Notes under the pieces: generated by a model
The model's database searches: none
The model's input: the letters and a program-made list of their open reading frames with translations, nothing else
What the model was told of the DNA's origin: nothing
Assembly: GCA_963667715.1 (NCBI GenBank)
Contig: OY763926.1
Location: 3,230,177 to 3,294,176 of the forward strand
Reading direction: 5' to 3'
Source: Sedimentisphaerales bacterium
GTDB lineage: Bacteria > Planctomycetota > Phycisphaerae > Sedimentisphaerales > SM23-30
DNA length: 64,000 bases
Shown here: positions 20,630 through 30,477 of the stretch, in pieces
Position numbering within the stretch: the stretch's first letter is position 1
Layout of the letters: every line of letters starts with the position of its first letter
Made by a program: the position numbers and the translations under genes

Positions 20630-22384
20630 TCAATTAGACTTTTCGAGCCATTTTTTAAGTTTTTTCCAAGGCATAGTATTAATAACATCAGCTTTTGATG
20701 CATACCCTTTTTGGGCAACAGCTACGCCAAGAGCCATAAGATTAAAACTGGCGGCATCATGAGAATCTGTATTGATGATAAGCTTAACACCAATATCAAC
20801 AGCTTGCCTAACATGTTCTGCTGAAAGATCGAGTCTGAACGGCTGACTGCTTACTTCCAATGCAGTATCAGTTTCAACGGCATGCTTAAAAATCATAGGC
20901 ATATCAAGGTCCATCGGCCTGCGATAGCGGATATATCGACCTGTCGGATGGCAAATACACTTAATATATGGATTATCCATCGCTTTCATGATCCGGGTTG
21001 TATTTTTCTCTCTACTACCTTCCATGCCATTATGAATACTGGCTGCTGCATAATCGAGCTGGGCCAAAACTTCATCTTCATAGTCAAGTGTGCCGTCAGA
21101 TAAAATGTCAACCTCGGAACCAGCTAGAATCTCAATATTCTTATAATTTGCATTTAGTACTTTTATTTTCTCAATCGCCTTGAGCAGGCGGTCAACAGAA
21201 AGACCATTTGCAATGATAGAACTGCGAGAGTGATCAGTGATGCAAATATACTCATATCCCATGCTTATTCCAGCCTCAACAAGTTCTTCAATGGAACTTC
21301 GCCCATCTGAAAATGGGGTATGCATATGGAGATCCCCACGAATATCCGAGAGTTGGACAACAACAGGGAGTTTTTTGGCCTGTGCCAGCTTCTGGGCGGC
21401 AGTATCATCTTGCAGAGTAGGAAGAATATACTGCAAGCCAAGCTTTTTATAGACAGCGGCTTCGCTAGAGCACTTTATCTGCTTTTCATTCTTAAATAGT
21501 CCACTTTCGTTAAAAATGAGCTTTTTCTTTTCAGCAGATTCACACAATAACTGCCTTTGAGAGCTACCAGGGGTAAGAAAGGCTAATACTCCGAATTCAT
21601 TATCAGGTGTACAGGTAAAAATTTCTACTTCACATGGTTTACGCCGTATATTATCTGATTTCCAGTTAAATTTAACCCTGTTTGGCCCTACTATAATAAA
21701 TTCAGTTACTCCCGGCATACCTGAAATAAACTCAAACATAACAGAGCTATCGGCAGTAACAGCAAGCAGGTCAATATCACCAACCGTTTCACAGCAGCGA
21801 CGAAGTGAACCAACAGCATATATGCGATCTATCAGCCCTGAGCTCCAAATTTGAGCCTTAAGGGCTTCCAGCATAACAATAGCACGGCCAAGCGGTATAC
21901 GGTCTTCAGTTTCAAGACGAAATTCAATATTAGCAGCAATATTAGCAGCTTTATTACGACCAAATCCAGATACCTTTTCTAACCTGCCGTCGCGAGCTGC
22001 AGCAAGCAAATCGTTAAGATTTTCAACTTTAATCTCTCGCCATAGCTTGCTAACAGTCTTGGTTCCCAAGCCATTGATCTTAAGCATCGGCAGTAACCCT
22101 TCAGGAATCTGCCCTAGTAATTGCTGATATTCACTAATTGTTCCAGTTTGAAAATACTCTCTGATACGCATTGCAGTAGCAGGTCCAATACCAGCGATAT
22201 CTTCTAACTGCCCATACTCATGAAGAATAGCAAAGTCCTCAACGCTATCAGCAATGATCCGTGCCACTTTGCGATTAGCCTTAATTCGAAAAGTATCTTC
22301 CTGAAGAATCTCCTGGATATCGGCTATCGATTCAAATAATTGTGCTAGAACAGTATTTGACACAGTACGCTCCTGACAGTTCAA
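20630..22384 (-). CDS. polX: Family X DNA polymerase with a PHP domain (PolX)
   Basis: 584 aa with HhH motifs (GIGPATAMRI), a nucleotidyltransferase motif (GSLRRCCETVGDIDLL) and a PHP motif (GDLHMHTPFSDG). Confidence 0.85.
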   Translation of the reverse strand: MNCQERTVSNTVLAQLFESIADIQEILQEDTFRIKANRKVARIIADSVEDFAILHEYGQLEDIAGIGPATAMRIREYFQTGTISEYQQLLGQIPEGLLPMLKINGLGTKTVSKLWREIKVENLNDLLAAARDGRLEKVSGFGRNKAANIAANIEFRLETEDRIPLGRAIVMLEALKAQIWSSGLIDRIYAVGSLRRCCETVGDIDLLAVTADSSVMFEFISGMPGVTEFIIVGPNRVKFNWKSDNIRRKPCEVEIFTCTPDNEFGVLAFLTPGSSQRQLLCESAEKKKLIFNESGLFKNEKQIKCSSEAAVYKKLGLQYILPTLQDDTAAQKLAQAKKLPVVVQLSDIRGDLHMHTPFSDGRSSIEELVEAGISMGYEYICITDHSRSSIIANGLSVDRLLKAIEKIKVLNANYKNIEILAGSEVDILSDGTLDYEDEVLAQLDYAAASIHNGMEGSREKNTTRIMKAMDNPYIKCICHPTGRYIRYRRPMDLDMPMIFKHAVETDTALEVSSQPFRLDLSAEHVRQAVDIGVKLIINTDSHDAASFNLMALGVAVAQKGYASKADVINTMPWKKLKKWLEKSN

Positions 22385-22407
22385 GAAAAAAACAACCAGC
22401 AGGCAGC

Positions 22408-24207
22408 CTAGCCTTCCAGCAGCAAGACCAGCATCTGCATAGGCGGAACCGGGAAATCACTTGTAAGGTGAAGATAGCTGTAACTATCATCATTAGTAAC
22501 CTTGAGAGAATCATCTTTAACTATCTTGCCCTGCTCGTTTAACTCTTTGACCTTCTTAACCTTGAACGGTAACTTGCCCAGGCGTATACGAGCATCAATA
22601 GCCCAGTCGAAACCAATATTCATCAGAGTGAGGACAATACGCTTTTTATCGGGTACAAACCCCATAAAAGGTACAAGATCCGGAGTATTCTCAACTTGAC
22701 ATAATAAACGATGCCTTTGCACCCAGTTTATAATATCGACCATATGTACCTGTCTCGCTGGCGAAAGGAGCAGCTTACAAGTATCAGCATTAAGTTCAAA
22801 TGGCAATATTGCACAACGATGATGGTGTTCGATATTATCAAAAGTTACCATACCATCGACATTTGGCAAGCTGCCATGACGAGTAATTTCAGTTATAACC
22901 CTTGTATTTGCATGGAATGGCTCGATCTGTCTGAACTTATCAGCTGACACCCTGTTACGGTAAATAGTCTGATGACCATAAAATCTATTGGCATAAGCCT
23001 GGAAACTTAGTATCTCTGTACAAGCACCCTCTATGGTATCGCCGATATGACAACCAATCAGACCAGGCAAACCCATCTTATAAATAGTCTCGGCTGCAAT
23101 AGCATCCAGGATAACACCGCCAGTAAATACGGCATTGAGCTGTTCTCTGGTCATTTCCTCAGGCACAGTGCCGCAAAGTATTGATACCATACCAGAGTCA
23201 TAATCCTGATCGATATCACTGGCTTGGATAAAAGTAACAGGAAGCCCCATACGCCAGAACATAGTAGCGGTAGATAAATCGTATCCAGTTTCCGGTTGAT
23301 CTGGAAGGACTATTCTTATACCATCGTAACAAATATCAGCTGGTACATAACTAGCCAGCTTATCAATAAACTTACGATTCGCCTTGATCATTTGCAGGTA
23401 CAAATTATCAATACGAGGAGCAGTACCCATTTCATCGAAGCAGTTAAGAACTATCTGACGATGCCCGAACAGGACATTCAAGTTAATTTGCATCTGTGTA
23501 CTTTCCGCTGCTTTATGGAAAGGTGATGCATATAATTGATTTATATTTCCAAGCAAAGCGATCTGATCAATAGCATGACTGCATTGTTGCTGACTAATTG
23601 CAACCGTAGCGGCAGCCTCCAGAATCTCTGTCCTGTCATAATCCTGACGGAACGGCTGAGTTTGAGCCAAAAGGGGCTCTCCACCATCAGCGAGCAAAGC
23701 AGCAAGCTGTAAAGCATTGAGTCCATAAGCAGCATATGTATCGATTGGAGCTGCGAGAAGTCCTATTGAGACTTTTTTATTGATCTTCTTCACTTCTTTG
23801 CCAAGCTGTTTATAGAACAATTTTCGGTCAATAGCAGAATTATCTGTTAGCTTATCTAAAGAAGCATCATCCAGCCATAAAGTCTGGCACCCTACTTCAG
23901 CCGCAGCTTTAAAGAGATTTACCAAATAAGACTTATAATCTTTATTACTACAGTCAGGTATTGACGGCAGAACAAGCTCAGCAAAGAACTTACGCTTTTT
24001 AAGGCGACGAGTAGAGACTTTAATTACCTCCAAACGCTCAGTAACTTTATCCCACGGTAAGATTTCGTCATCAAAACCAGCATCAGCAAAACTAAGCAGC
24101 ACCATACCAGCCTTGATCTCGTTCAGGGTTTCATAAAGATTCTGTAATCTGCCGTCAGTTTGAAATTGTCTGTAAGCAAAACGTAAAATAATTCCGGGTT
24201 CGATCAT
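22408..24207 (-). CDS. Hypothetical 599-aa protein (no recognised motif)
   Basis: Long ORF in the same orientation as the PP2C and PolX genes, tightly spaced between them. Confidence 0.6.
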   Translation of the reverse strand: MIEPGIILRFAYRQFQTDGRLQNLYETLNEIKAGMVLLSFADAGFDDEILPWDKVTERLEVIKVSTRRLKKRKFFAELVLPSIPDCSNKDYKSYLVNLFKAAAEVGCQTLWLDDASLDKLTDNSAIDRKLFYKQLGKEVKKINKKVSIGLLAAPIDTYAAYGLNALQLAALLADGGEPLLAQTQPFRQDYDRTEILEAAATVAISQQQCSHAIDQIALLGNINQLYASPFHKAAESTQMQINLNVLFGHRQIVLNCFDEMGTAPRIDNLYLQMIKANRKFIDKLASYVPADICYDGIRIVLPDQPETGYDLSTATMFWRMGLPVTFIQASDIDQDYDSGMVSILCGTVPEEMTREQLNAVFTGGVILDAIAAETIYKMGLPGLIGCHIGDTIEGACTEILSFQAYANRFYGHQTIYRNRVSADKFRQIEPFHANTRVITEITRHGSLPNVDGMVTFDNIEHHHRCAILPFELNADTCKLLLSPARQVHMVDIINWVQRHRLLCQVENTPDLVPFMGFVPDKKRIVLTLMNIGFDWAIDARIRLGKLPFKVKKVKELNEQGKIVKDDSLKVTNDDSYSYLHLTSDFPVPPMQMLVLLLEG

Positions 24208-24259
24208 AAATATTCCTGAATGCTACAACTAGCAAAATACTAGTTGTCTATAATTTATT

Positions 24260-25009
24260 TCAGCCTTTCGTATCAATATCAAAATCAATGATAATAAGAG
24301 TCATATCATCATCAATAGACCTGCCCGCTGAAAAACGGTCAAGATCATCAAAGATAATATCTGCTACCTTATCAACTTCAAGATCAGATGTTTGCTGAAT
24401 AATATCAGCAAGCCTTTTGCTCCCATACTGTTCAAGCTCCAGGTTCATTGCCTCAGTAATACCGTCAGTATACAATACGAGACGGTCGCCTCGACCAAAT
24501 TGCTCGCAAGCTTCCTCTTTAATGCCGCCCTGAACGCCTAGAAGCATATTGCTAACAGTGAGATAATTTACTTTATTAGAAGCACGATCAAAATGAACCG
24601 GTTTAACATGGCCAGCGTTAACAAACATTACAATACCACTGGGAAGATCAACAACACCCATAAACATTGAACTGGTAACAGGATAGTCCATATGTTCACC
24701 AAGCTCAACGAGCATATTATTTAATCCAGACAGTACAGTCTGTGGGCGAGTTGGAGAATGTTCAGTACTCCATAGCTTCCCCATAAGCAAAGACAATATT
24801 AGTGCTGCTGACATACCATGTCCCATTACATCACCAATAGCAATAGCAACCTGATCAGAATTTATCTGTTTGAAATAGTAAAAATCGCCACCAATGTCAC
24901 TACACATCTTATTGCGGACAACGATCTTGCCACAACTACAATCGGGGACATGTCGATCCAGCAAAGCACGCTGAACCTCAACAGCAAGTTTTAAGTCATT
25001 ATCTTTCAA
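24260..25009 (-). CDS. PP2C/SpoIIE-family serine phosphatase
   Basis: 249 aa with GGDFYYF, AIGDVMGHGMSAAL, LYTDGITEA and DDMTLIIIDF motifs. Confidence 0.8.
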   Translation of the reverse strand: MKDNDLKLAVEVQRALLDRHVPDCSCGKIVVRNKMCSDIGGDFYYFKQINSDQVAIAIGDVMGHGMSAALILSLLMGKLWSTEHSPTRPQTVLSGLNNMLVELGEHMDYPVTSSMFMGVVDLPSGIVMFVNAGHVKPVHFDRASNKVNYLTVSNMLLGVQGGIKEEACEQFGRGDRLVLYTDGITEAMNLELEQYGSKRLADIIQQTSDLEVDKVADIIFDDLDRFSAGRSIDDDMTLIIIDFDIDTKG

Positions 25010-25123
25010 TTACAGCTCTCTCTTCTATATTATTAATATAATGGCAGATTTTATATGATAATGGATGATTTGACCAGTAATAACTGCCTGAAAGTTTAGA
25101 AGATATAAAGAAGCATTTAAAAT

Positions 25124-25148
25124 AAAGAAAACATCGGGAACACTTGGC
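25124..25148 (+). repeat. attL core direct repeat
   Basis: aaagaaaacatcgggaacacttggc is identical to 42891-42915. Extending 5 bp to the left gives 30 bp with one mismatch. Confidence 0.8.
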
Positions 25149-25250
25149 TTTACTCTTTACTTCATTACTTACTTTAGATTTAAGTGGTGAATTCTTGATT
25201 TTGGAAGAAATACACTACTTAACTGCTAGTTTGTGCTTGTAGTAGGCTAA

Positions 25251-25269
25251 GTACAGATTTAGGTACAGA
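25251..25269 (+). promoter_or_regulatory. Tandem GTACAGA arm-type site candidates (left arm)
   Basis: GTACAGA occurs at 25251 and 25263, 12 bp apart. The same pair with the same spacing occurs at 42827 and 42839. Confidence 0.5.
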
Positions 25270-25363
25270 CACTAAAATATTATACTTCCTATCCAAGTAA
25301 AGGCAAGTATAATAATCGTAGAAATATTATTTTACGAGATCATTAGGTCTCAAAGGAGTGAAA

Positions 25364-27034
25364 ATGCCAAGGAAAAAAGGCACGAGTGTTAAAGATTTAT
25401 GGGTACCAGCACGTAAGGAAGTTAAAGGTACAAGGGTAAAATTTGTAGTAGATTTCAGGGATAAAGATAAGCCCAAAAAACAACAGCGATATCATGCAAA
25501 TATGTCATATGATGCCCATAATAAGCTATTCTATCTTTCGGATTGGGAGCAGCGTAAAGTAGCAGATGGTAAAAATAATGCAACAAAATTTAATTATGAG
25601 GTCTATCGAGGTGATGGAGACATGGCATGGGCGGAAGCAAGTTTTACTTACAGACTCAAATATGACAATGAAGAACGTATATTTATTGAGAAATTTGGGG
25701 CAGAAGTCTTACGAACAGATTATATACCAACGAAAATTGAGCCTACTACCGGTGAACCTGTAGGCTGGGACGAAATAACTATAGCGGAACCAACTGCAAC
25801 AGACATTATTTCGCTAAATTACGAACTCGAGGAATTCTGCCAAGAATGGTACAGACGTTATCTGCAAGACCCCAAAAAAATTGCTTTTAAAACTGGTATT
25901 CCCTTATTTGGACAGGATTCTATTATAAGACAAGTCCTTGATTATAGTCCAAATCAGAAAGTACTGATTGAAGATATTATTCAATTATATGTCGATTTTA
26001 AGAAGTTAAAGGATAGAAGTAAGCAACGAAGGAATAACAGGAAATACATGGAACATTTCTCAGCTTTTTGTAAAGCAAAATATATCCATCAAGTAGACGA
26101 TACAAAAGTTATAAAGTATAAAGCAAAATTAAAAACAGAAATTGAAGAAAACGATACTGTTAATCAACTGAATGCTACAATAAATAAATATACAATTGGG
26201 ATAAACGCCATTTTGAGCTTTTATGTTAATAATTATTTAGAACTTGCTCAAATTCATGATCTTGACAACAAAGAAATTGCTCGTAAAAAAGTCGAAGAAG
26301 TAAAAAAAATACATAACTTAACTCGTACTATCTTAAAAAAACAAAAAAGAGAAAAAGTAAAAGATAAACCACAGCCAATCTCCCCTAATGCCTTTAAAAG
26401 GCTTATTAATAAAGGTATAGATAATGGAGATCAGCAGGGATTACTAATGGCTTTATTATTATCGAATGGCGGTCTTTATAACATGGATTTGTCAGACATA
26501 AGAGTTAGCCACCTTAACACTTCATTTGACTCAAATGGAAAACAATTTTACTATCTTGATTTTCCACGCAGTAAAAATGATGTTGATAGAATTACCGTAC
26601 TATGGGACATTACACATAGATTATTAGTTGAACAAATCAGATATAATGAAGAAAAAGGTTTATATGATGGTATTAAAAATGACGAAGAAAAAGCCATATT
26701 TTACACATTAAATAAAAATAACCCCAAACCTGCCAATGATAATAATACACGATATATTTATAATCATTGTTTTGGTACCGACAATCTTCATGACAATGGC
26801 AAAAAACTTGGAATAAGACATTTTCGGGACACGCTCAAAAGAGCGTCTAAAGAGGCTAAAATAGATAGAACATATATTAGAACTGCTATTGGTCATACAC
26901 AAGGCGACTCTATGATGGATGAGTGTTACGATCATGTAACTCCCGTTGATATGATACAGGTAAGGGATTGCATGGCTGAATATTATAAGGATGGGCTAGA
27001 CCTAGTCAGAAATTCCTTGGCAAAAAGCAAATAA
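25364..27034 (+). CDS. Tyrosine recombinase / integrase (divergent, with a long N-terminal region)
   Basis: The C-terminus has box II-like IRHFRDT and AIGHTQGDSMMDECYDHV (H...Y). The ATG at 25364 is preceded by aaaggag; the track start at 25358 is a GTG. I could not place the first catalytic Arg with confidence. Confidence 0.7.
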   Translation: MPRKKGTSVKDLWVPARKEVKGTRVKFVVDFRDKDKPKKQQRYHANMSYDAHNKLFYLSDWEQRKVADGKNNATKFNYEVYRGDGDMAWAEASFTYRLKYDNEERIFIEKFGAEVLRTDYIPTKIEPTTGEPVGWDEITIAEPTATDIISLNYELEEFCQEWYRRYLQDPKKIAFKTGIPLFGQDSIIRQVLDYSPNQKVLIEDIIQLYVDFKKLKDRSKQRRNNRKYMEHFSAFCKAKYIHQVDDTKVIKYKAKLKTEIEENDTVNQLNATINKYTIGINAILSFYVNNYLELAQIHDLDNKEIARKKVEEVKKIHNLTRTILKKQKREKVKDKPQPISPNAFKRLINKGIDNGDQQGLLMALLLSNGGLYNMDLSDIRVSHLNTSFDSNGKQFYYLDFPRSKNDVDRITVLWDITHRLLVEQIRYNEEKGLYDGIKNDEEKAIFYTLNKNNPKPANDNNTRYIYNHCFGTDNLHDNGKKLGIRHFRDTLKRASKEAKIDRTYIRTAIGHTQGDSMMDECYDHVTPVDMIQVRDCMAEYYKDGLDLVRNSLAKSK

Positions 27035-27157
27035 TTCATGTTTACAATTTGAGTATATACCGAGGTTATTGAGATGGTGCTATAACCTGTGACTGCTTGG
27101 ACAAAGAAATAAAGGAAAGATTACAATTGAGTGTAAGATATAAGGTTGGTGGACTAA

Positions 27158-27590
27158 CTTTTTCTTTCTTTTTGCGGAATCTTTCTTTTTCTTTTTTAAC
27201 AGGCAAAAGAATGTAAGAATATTTTTATGCAAAGAAATTGTAGAAATGTATGCAGATAAATATGTAGGATGTAGATTATTTCTCTATATATTTTTCATTT
27301 TTGCAAAAAATGTAGAAATGTAGAGAGTAGTTACTAGTTTTTATTTTTTTTGATACTATAGTGTTAAAAAATACTACATAAACTTATACAAACTCATAAA
27401 TATAGAGTTGTATTTATAATAATTATCTACAATCTACAAATAATTCTACAAAAAACCTACAATTAATAATTGTTTTTTTTTGCAGATTTGCAATTTCTTT
27501 CTACAATTCTACATTTTTTATAAACAGAATAAATAACAAACTAAAGGGGCTTTTCAAAAAGAAAAGTTCCGCCAAAAGAAAAAAAGGGAT
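27158..27590. repeat. Dyad-symmetric iteron region (candidate origin or regulatory region)
   Basis: Five forward TGTAGA/TGTAGG copies lie at 27239-27324 and six reverse TCTACA/CCTACA copies at 27426-27513. An outer polypyrimidine arm with GCGGAA (27174-27179) is mirrored by TTCCGC (27567-27572) in a polypurine arm. The shared symmetry centre is near 27374, inside an AT-rich core. Confidence 0.6.
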
Positions 27591-27659
27591 TATTTCGAAG
27601 TTTTAATTGTAATAATCTTAGTTACTCCCGAAGGGAGATAGTATAAAGGAGAGAAATAA

Positions 27660-29354
27660 ATGAGTACAACAGAGATTGCAAATATACCCTACAATGGTGA
27701 TAGTCTAATAGACAAGGATTTTATTGTTATTGTCCCTAATATTGACAATGCTGCGACATTATATGAGTTAGGAATTACTAATGTTACGGCTATGTCACAT
27801 ATTGAAGAAGCAAATTATGAATATTATGAGGATAAGAAGGTGCTACTTATTCCAGAATGTACAGGTCTTGATTTGTTGCTAGATTACGCGCAAAAGCTAT
27901 ATGATATGGAGTGGAATTGTGAAATTTACATTCTTGAGGATTTTAAAAGATTTTATGCTAGGCATTTAATTGAAGTTATTAGTAATGAGAAATATATAAG
28001 ATCAGATCACTTCGAAAAATTATATATGTGCTATGCTAGTAGATTTCCCACTTCCCCACAAAAACAAGTGATTAAACAAACATTCCAAGAATTTATTTTG
28101 GATTATCAAAAATACCCAGAGCATATATGGCAAAAAGAACAACGTAACTATATCAGGATAATAGCTCATACAATGTCTGTCCCATTCGATTGGGTTGCTG
28201 GTGCTGTTATGGCTGTTAGCAGCTCTCTTATGGGGAGTAAAGTTAAATTAGATATGGGCGGTGGTGCATGGAAGGCTCGCGCCCTTTATAATTACTGTGT
28301 TGCAGCCTTAAGCGGAACAAATAAATCAAATCCGATTAAACTAGTTGTTGATTATATATATAGAAAAGATTCCGAATGCAATAATGATTATATGAAAAAA
28401 ACAAAAGAATATAACAAAAAAATGTTAGCCTTTAAAAGAGACAAGCTAGAGGAAACTCCAGAAGCTCCCACAAGGCGAAGATATTTCGTTGACGACATAA
28501 CGATCGAGCAGATAGGGTATGTACTTCAGGATAACCCACAAGGGCTTCTTTGGTATACTGATGAAATGTCACAATTATTGGATAGCCTTAATCAATATAA
28601 GGGAGGTAAGGGCAATGATGGTCCAAAGTTAATTGGTATAAATGATGGCAAGACAATGTGTGTTATAAGAGGCGGAAAAGAATATTATATTGAATCTCCC
28701 TTTGCTAATTTTTTGGGAACGGCGCAAATTGATGTTATCAGAAAAGCCCTAATGATTCATAAATCAAATGGGCTTGCAGATAGGTTTAACTTTACCTATA
28801 GCCCAAACGTCGAATATAAATTTATTAAGAATCCTGAGAGCATCCCAAATTTAGATAACTTTTTTGATAAGTTAAATAATCTAACCCAAACAGATAAATT
28901 ATTTACCTTATCTGATGAGGCATTTGATGTTTTAGAACGTAATATGAATGATGTGAGCATATGGCAAAATACAAAAGATAATTATATAAGAGGGATCATA
29001 AGTAAAGTTAGGACAGTATATGCTAACTTATGCTTAATTATCCACATTATTAATAACATTGATAATCTGAATTTTGTAATTCAAAAAGAAACAGTTGAGC
29101 AGGCTTACGAATTAGCCTTATATCATCTATGTCATAATTATTTAGCCCTTAATCATTCGGCAGACGATGATATTATTCTCTCAAAAATAAAAAAATGGAC
29201 AATTAAGAAAGAGTTGGATTCAATGCCAATTAGGCAGATGGTAGTTAATAAATACTTCAAAAATAAAACAGATGCTTTGGAATATTTGAAAGAGTTGGAA
29301 AAAAAAGATAAAGGTTATTTAATAAATGATAAGAATTTTAAACCAGCAGCGTAA
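27660..29354 (+). CDS. DUF3987-like protein (putative island replication/primase-associated protein)
   Basis: 564 aa. The segment YFVDDITIEQIGYVLQDNPQGLLWYTDEMSQLLDSL resembles the DUF3987 core common in integrative elements and satellites. The RBS is aaggagag. Assignment is from memory only. Confidence 0.55.
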   Translation: MSTTEIANIPYNGDSLIDKDFIVIVPNIDNAATLYELGITNVTAMSHIEEANYEYYEDKKVLLIPECTGLDLLLDYAQKLYDMEWNCEIYILEDFKRFYARHLIEVISNEKYIRSDHFEKLYMCYASRFPTSPQKQVIKQTFQEFILDYQKYPEHIWQKEQRNYIRIIAHTMSVPFDWVAGAVMAVSSSLMGSKVKLDMGGGAWKARALYNYCVAALSGTNKSNPIKLVVDYIYRKDSECNNDYMKKTKEYNKKMLAFKRDKLEETPEAPTRRRYFVDDITIEQIGYVLQDNPQGLLWYTDEMSQLLDSLNQYKGGKGNDGPKLIGINDGKTMCVIRGGKEYYIESPFANFLGTAQIDVIRKALMIHKSNGLADRFNFTYSPNVEYKFIKNPESIPNLDNFFDKLNNLTQTDKLFTLSDEAFDVLERNMNDVSIWQNTKDNYIRGIISKVRTVYANLCLIIHIINNIDNLNFVIQKETVEQAYELALYHLCHNYLALNHSADDDIILSKIKKWTIKKELDSMPIRQMVVNKYFKNKTDALEYLKELEKKDKGYLINDKNFKPAA

Positions 29355-29451
29355 TATGTCGAGTATCTATTGTACTCATTTAATATTGGGGAGCGGGCTT
29401 GTGGCTTGCTCCTCATTTTATTTTAGATTGATTAAAATAAGCTGTACAAAA

Positions 29452-30066
29452 CTAAAGAGTGTGATCGCGGACAATAGAATTGATTGTTGGAATGGAAATG
29501 CCGACAGTACGGCTAATTTCTGCCTTAGAAAGCCCCTGACGCAGGAGAGCAAGTACAGGCTTAACTTTAGTGGCGGTTTTTGCTTTACGCCCTTTTTTGC
29601 TCCCGCCCCAAACCTTACCACGGGATTTTGCGCTGGCTTGACCAGATTTAACCCGCTCAGCACGTATTTCAGTCTCATAGGCTGCAACGCTGGCAATAAT
29701 ATGAGCATTTAGGCGACCGGAAGGAGAGCTTAAATCTAAATGATCCTTCAGACTGATTAGGTTGCATTGGCACTTCTGTAACTCTTCGAATAGTTTGGTA
29801 AGCCCAGCAGCGGTGCGACCTAGGCGGTCAAGCCTATATATTACAATCTGACTAATTTTAGAATTGTGCAGATCACAAATAAGTTTTGACATAGCCGGGC
29901 GATCCATACTTTTTCCAGTATATTTATCACGATACCATTTAACTTTTGCTGGTTGATTGAGTTCAATCCATCTGGATAATTCATCTTCCTGACTATCCAG
30001 CTTTTGTTGAACAGATGATATTCTACAGTATATTGCAGTTATTTTTTTGCTCATTTTAGTCTCCAA
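29452..30066 (-). CDS. Serine recombinase (resolvase/invertase family)
   Basis: 204 aa with AIYCRISSVQQKLDSQ (catalytic Ser region), VIYRLDRLGRT, and a C-terminal HTH (LSKAEISRTVGISIPTI). Confidence 0.85.
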   Translation of the reverse strand: METKMSKKITAIYCRISSVQQKLDSQEDELSRWIELNQPAKVKWYRDKYTGKSMDRPAMSKLICDLHNSKISQIVIYRLDRLGRTAAGLTKLFEELQKCQCNLISLKDHLDLSSPSGRLNAHIIASVAAYETEIRAERVKSGQASAKSRGKVWGGSKKGRKAKTATKVKPVLALLRQGLSKAEISRTVGISIPTINSIVRDHTL

Positions 30067-30277
30067 TAATAAAAAATGATCTATACTTCATTTTTTAATA
30101 TAATTAAGTAGGATTTATGGTGATTTAGCTTCAAAAAAGCAGATTTCAAAACCAATATTCATTTTTTATGGTTTTCATGTATTTATCTGCTAACAAATAC
30201 AATTACTCATTTATTATGTTTGTTGTCAAATATTAAGATGAATATGAAAAGTTAAAGTATTACAGATAATATGCAAT

Positions 30278-30299
30278 ATAGTGACAAATTTGTCACTAT
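30278..30299. promoter_or_regulatory. 22-bp perfect palindrome (operator or recombinase-site candidate)
   Basis: atagtgacaaatttgtcactat is its own reverse complement. It lies between the divergent resolvase and methyltransferase genes. Confidence 0.5.
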
Positions 30300-30477
30300 T
30301 GTTGTTTGTTTTAATTATTTGGTTCTACCTTGAGTATCGTGGAATGTGATTAAAATGGTTAAAAATATATCAAAACTATTTTACCAAAAAATCTTATTCT
30401 AACATTGTTAATAAATGCCAATATTTTATAATACACAAAATTATATTAAATAATGAGATATAGGATATCTAACTTTA

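Noticed and set aside
27311-27330. A possible functional link between the island TGTAGA iterons and the chromosomal BlaI operator CTCTACAAATGTAGAG (60227-60242)
   Set aside because: The shared sequence is only about 10 nt (aaatgtagag) in AT-rich DNA. The island has no BlaI-like gene and its iterons do not form the same close dyad. I treat it as coincidence unless binding data say otherwise.
27230-27520. The TGTAGA repeat array considered as a CRISPR array
   Set aside because: The repeat units are only about 6-14 bp, are irregularly spaced and occur in both orientations around a dyad centre. There are no cas genes. An iteron or operator architecture fits better.
29326-29712. A 128-aa plus-strand ORF and a 96-aa minus-strand ORF overlapping the resolvase 3' region
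   Set aside because: The serine recombinase frame (29452-30066, minus) has clear catalytic and HTH motifs. The alternative frames have none.
30405-30432. TTGTTA-N16-TATAAT as the dcm promoter
   Set aside because: It is plausible, but promoter-like hexamers arise by chance at high frequency in this very AT-rich intergenic region. I do not report it as a feature without transcript-start data.
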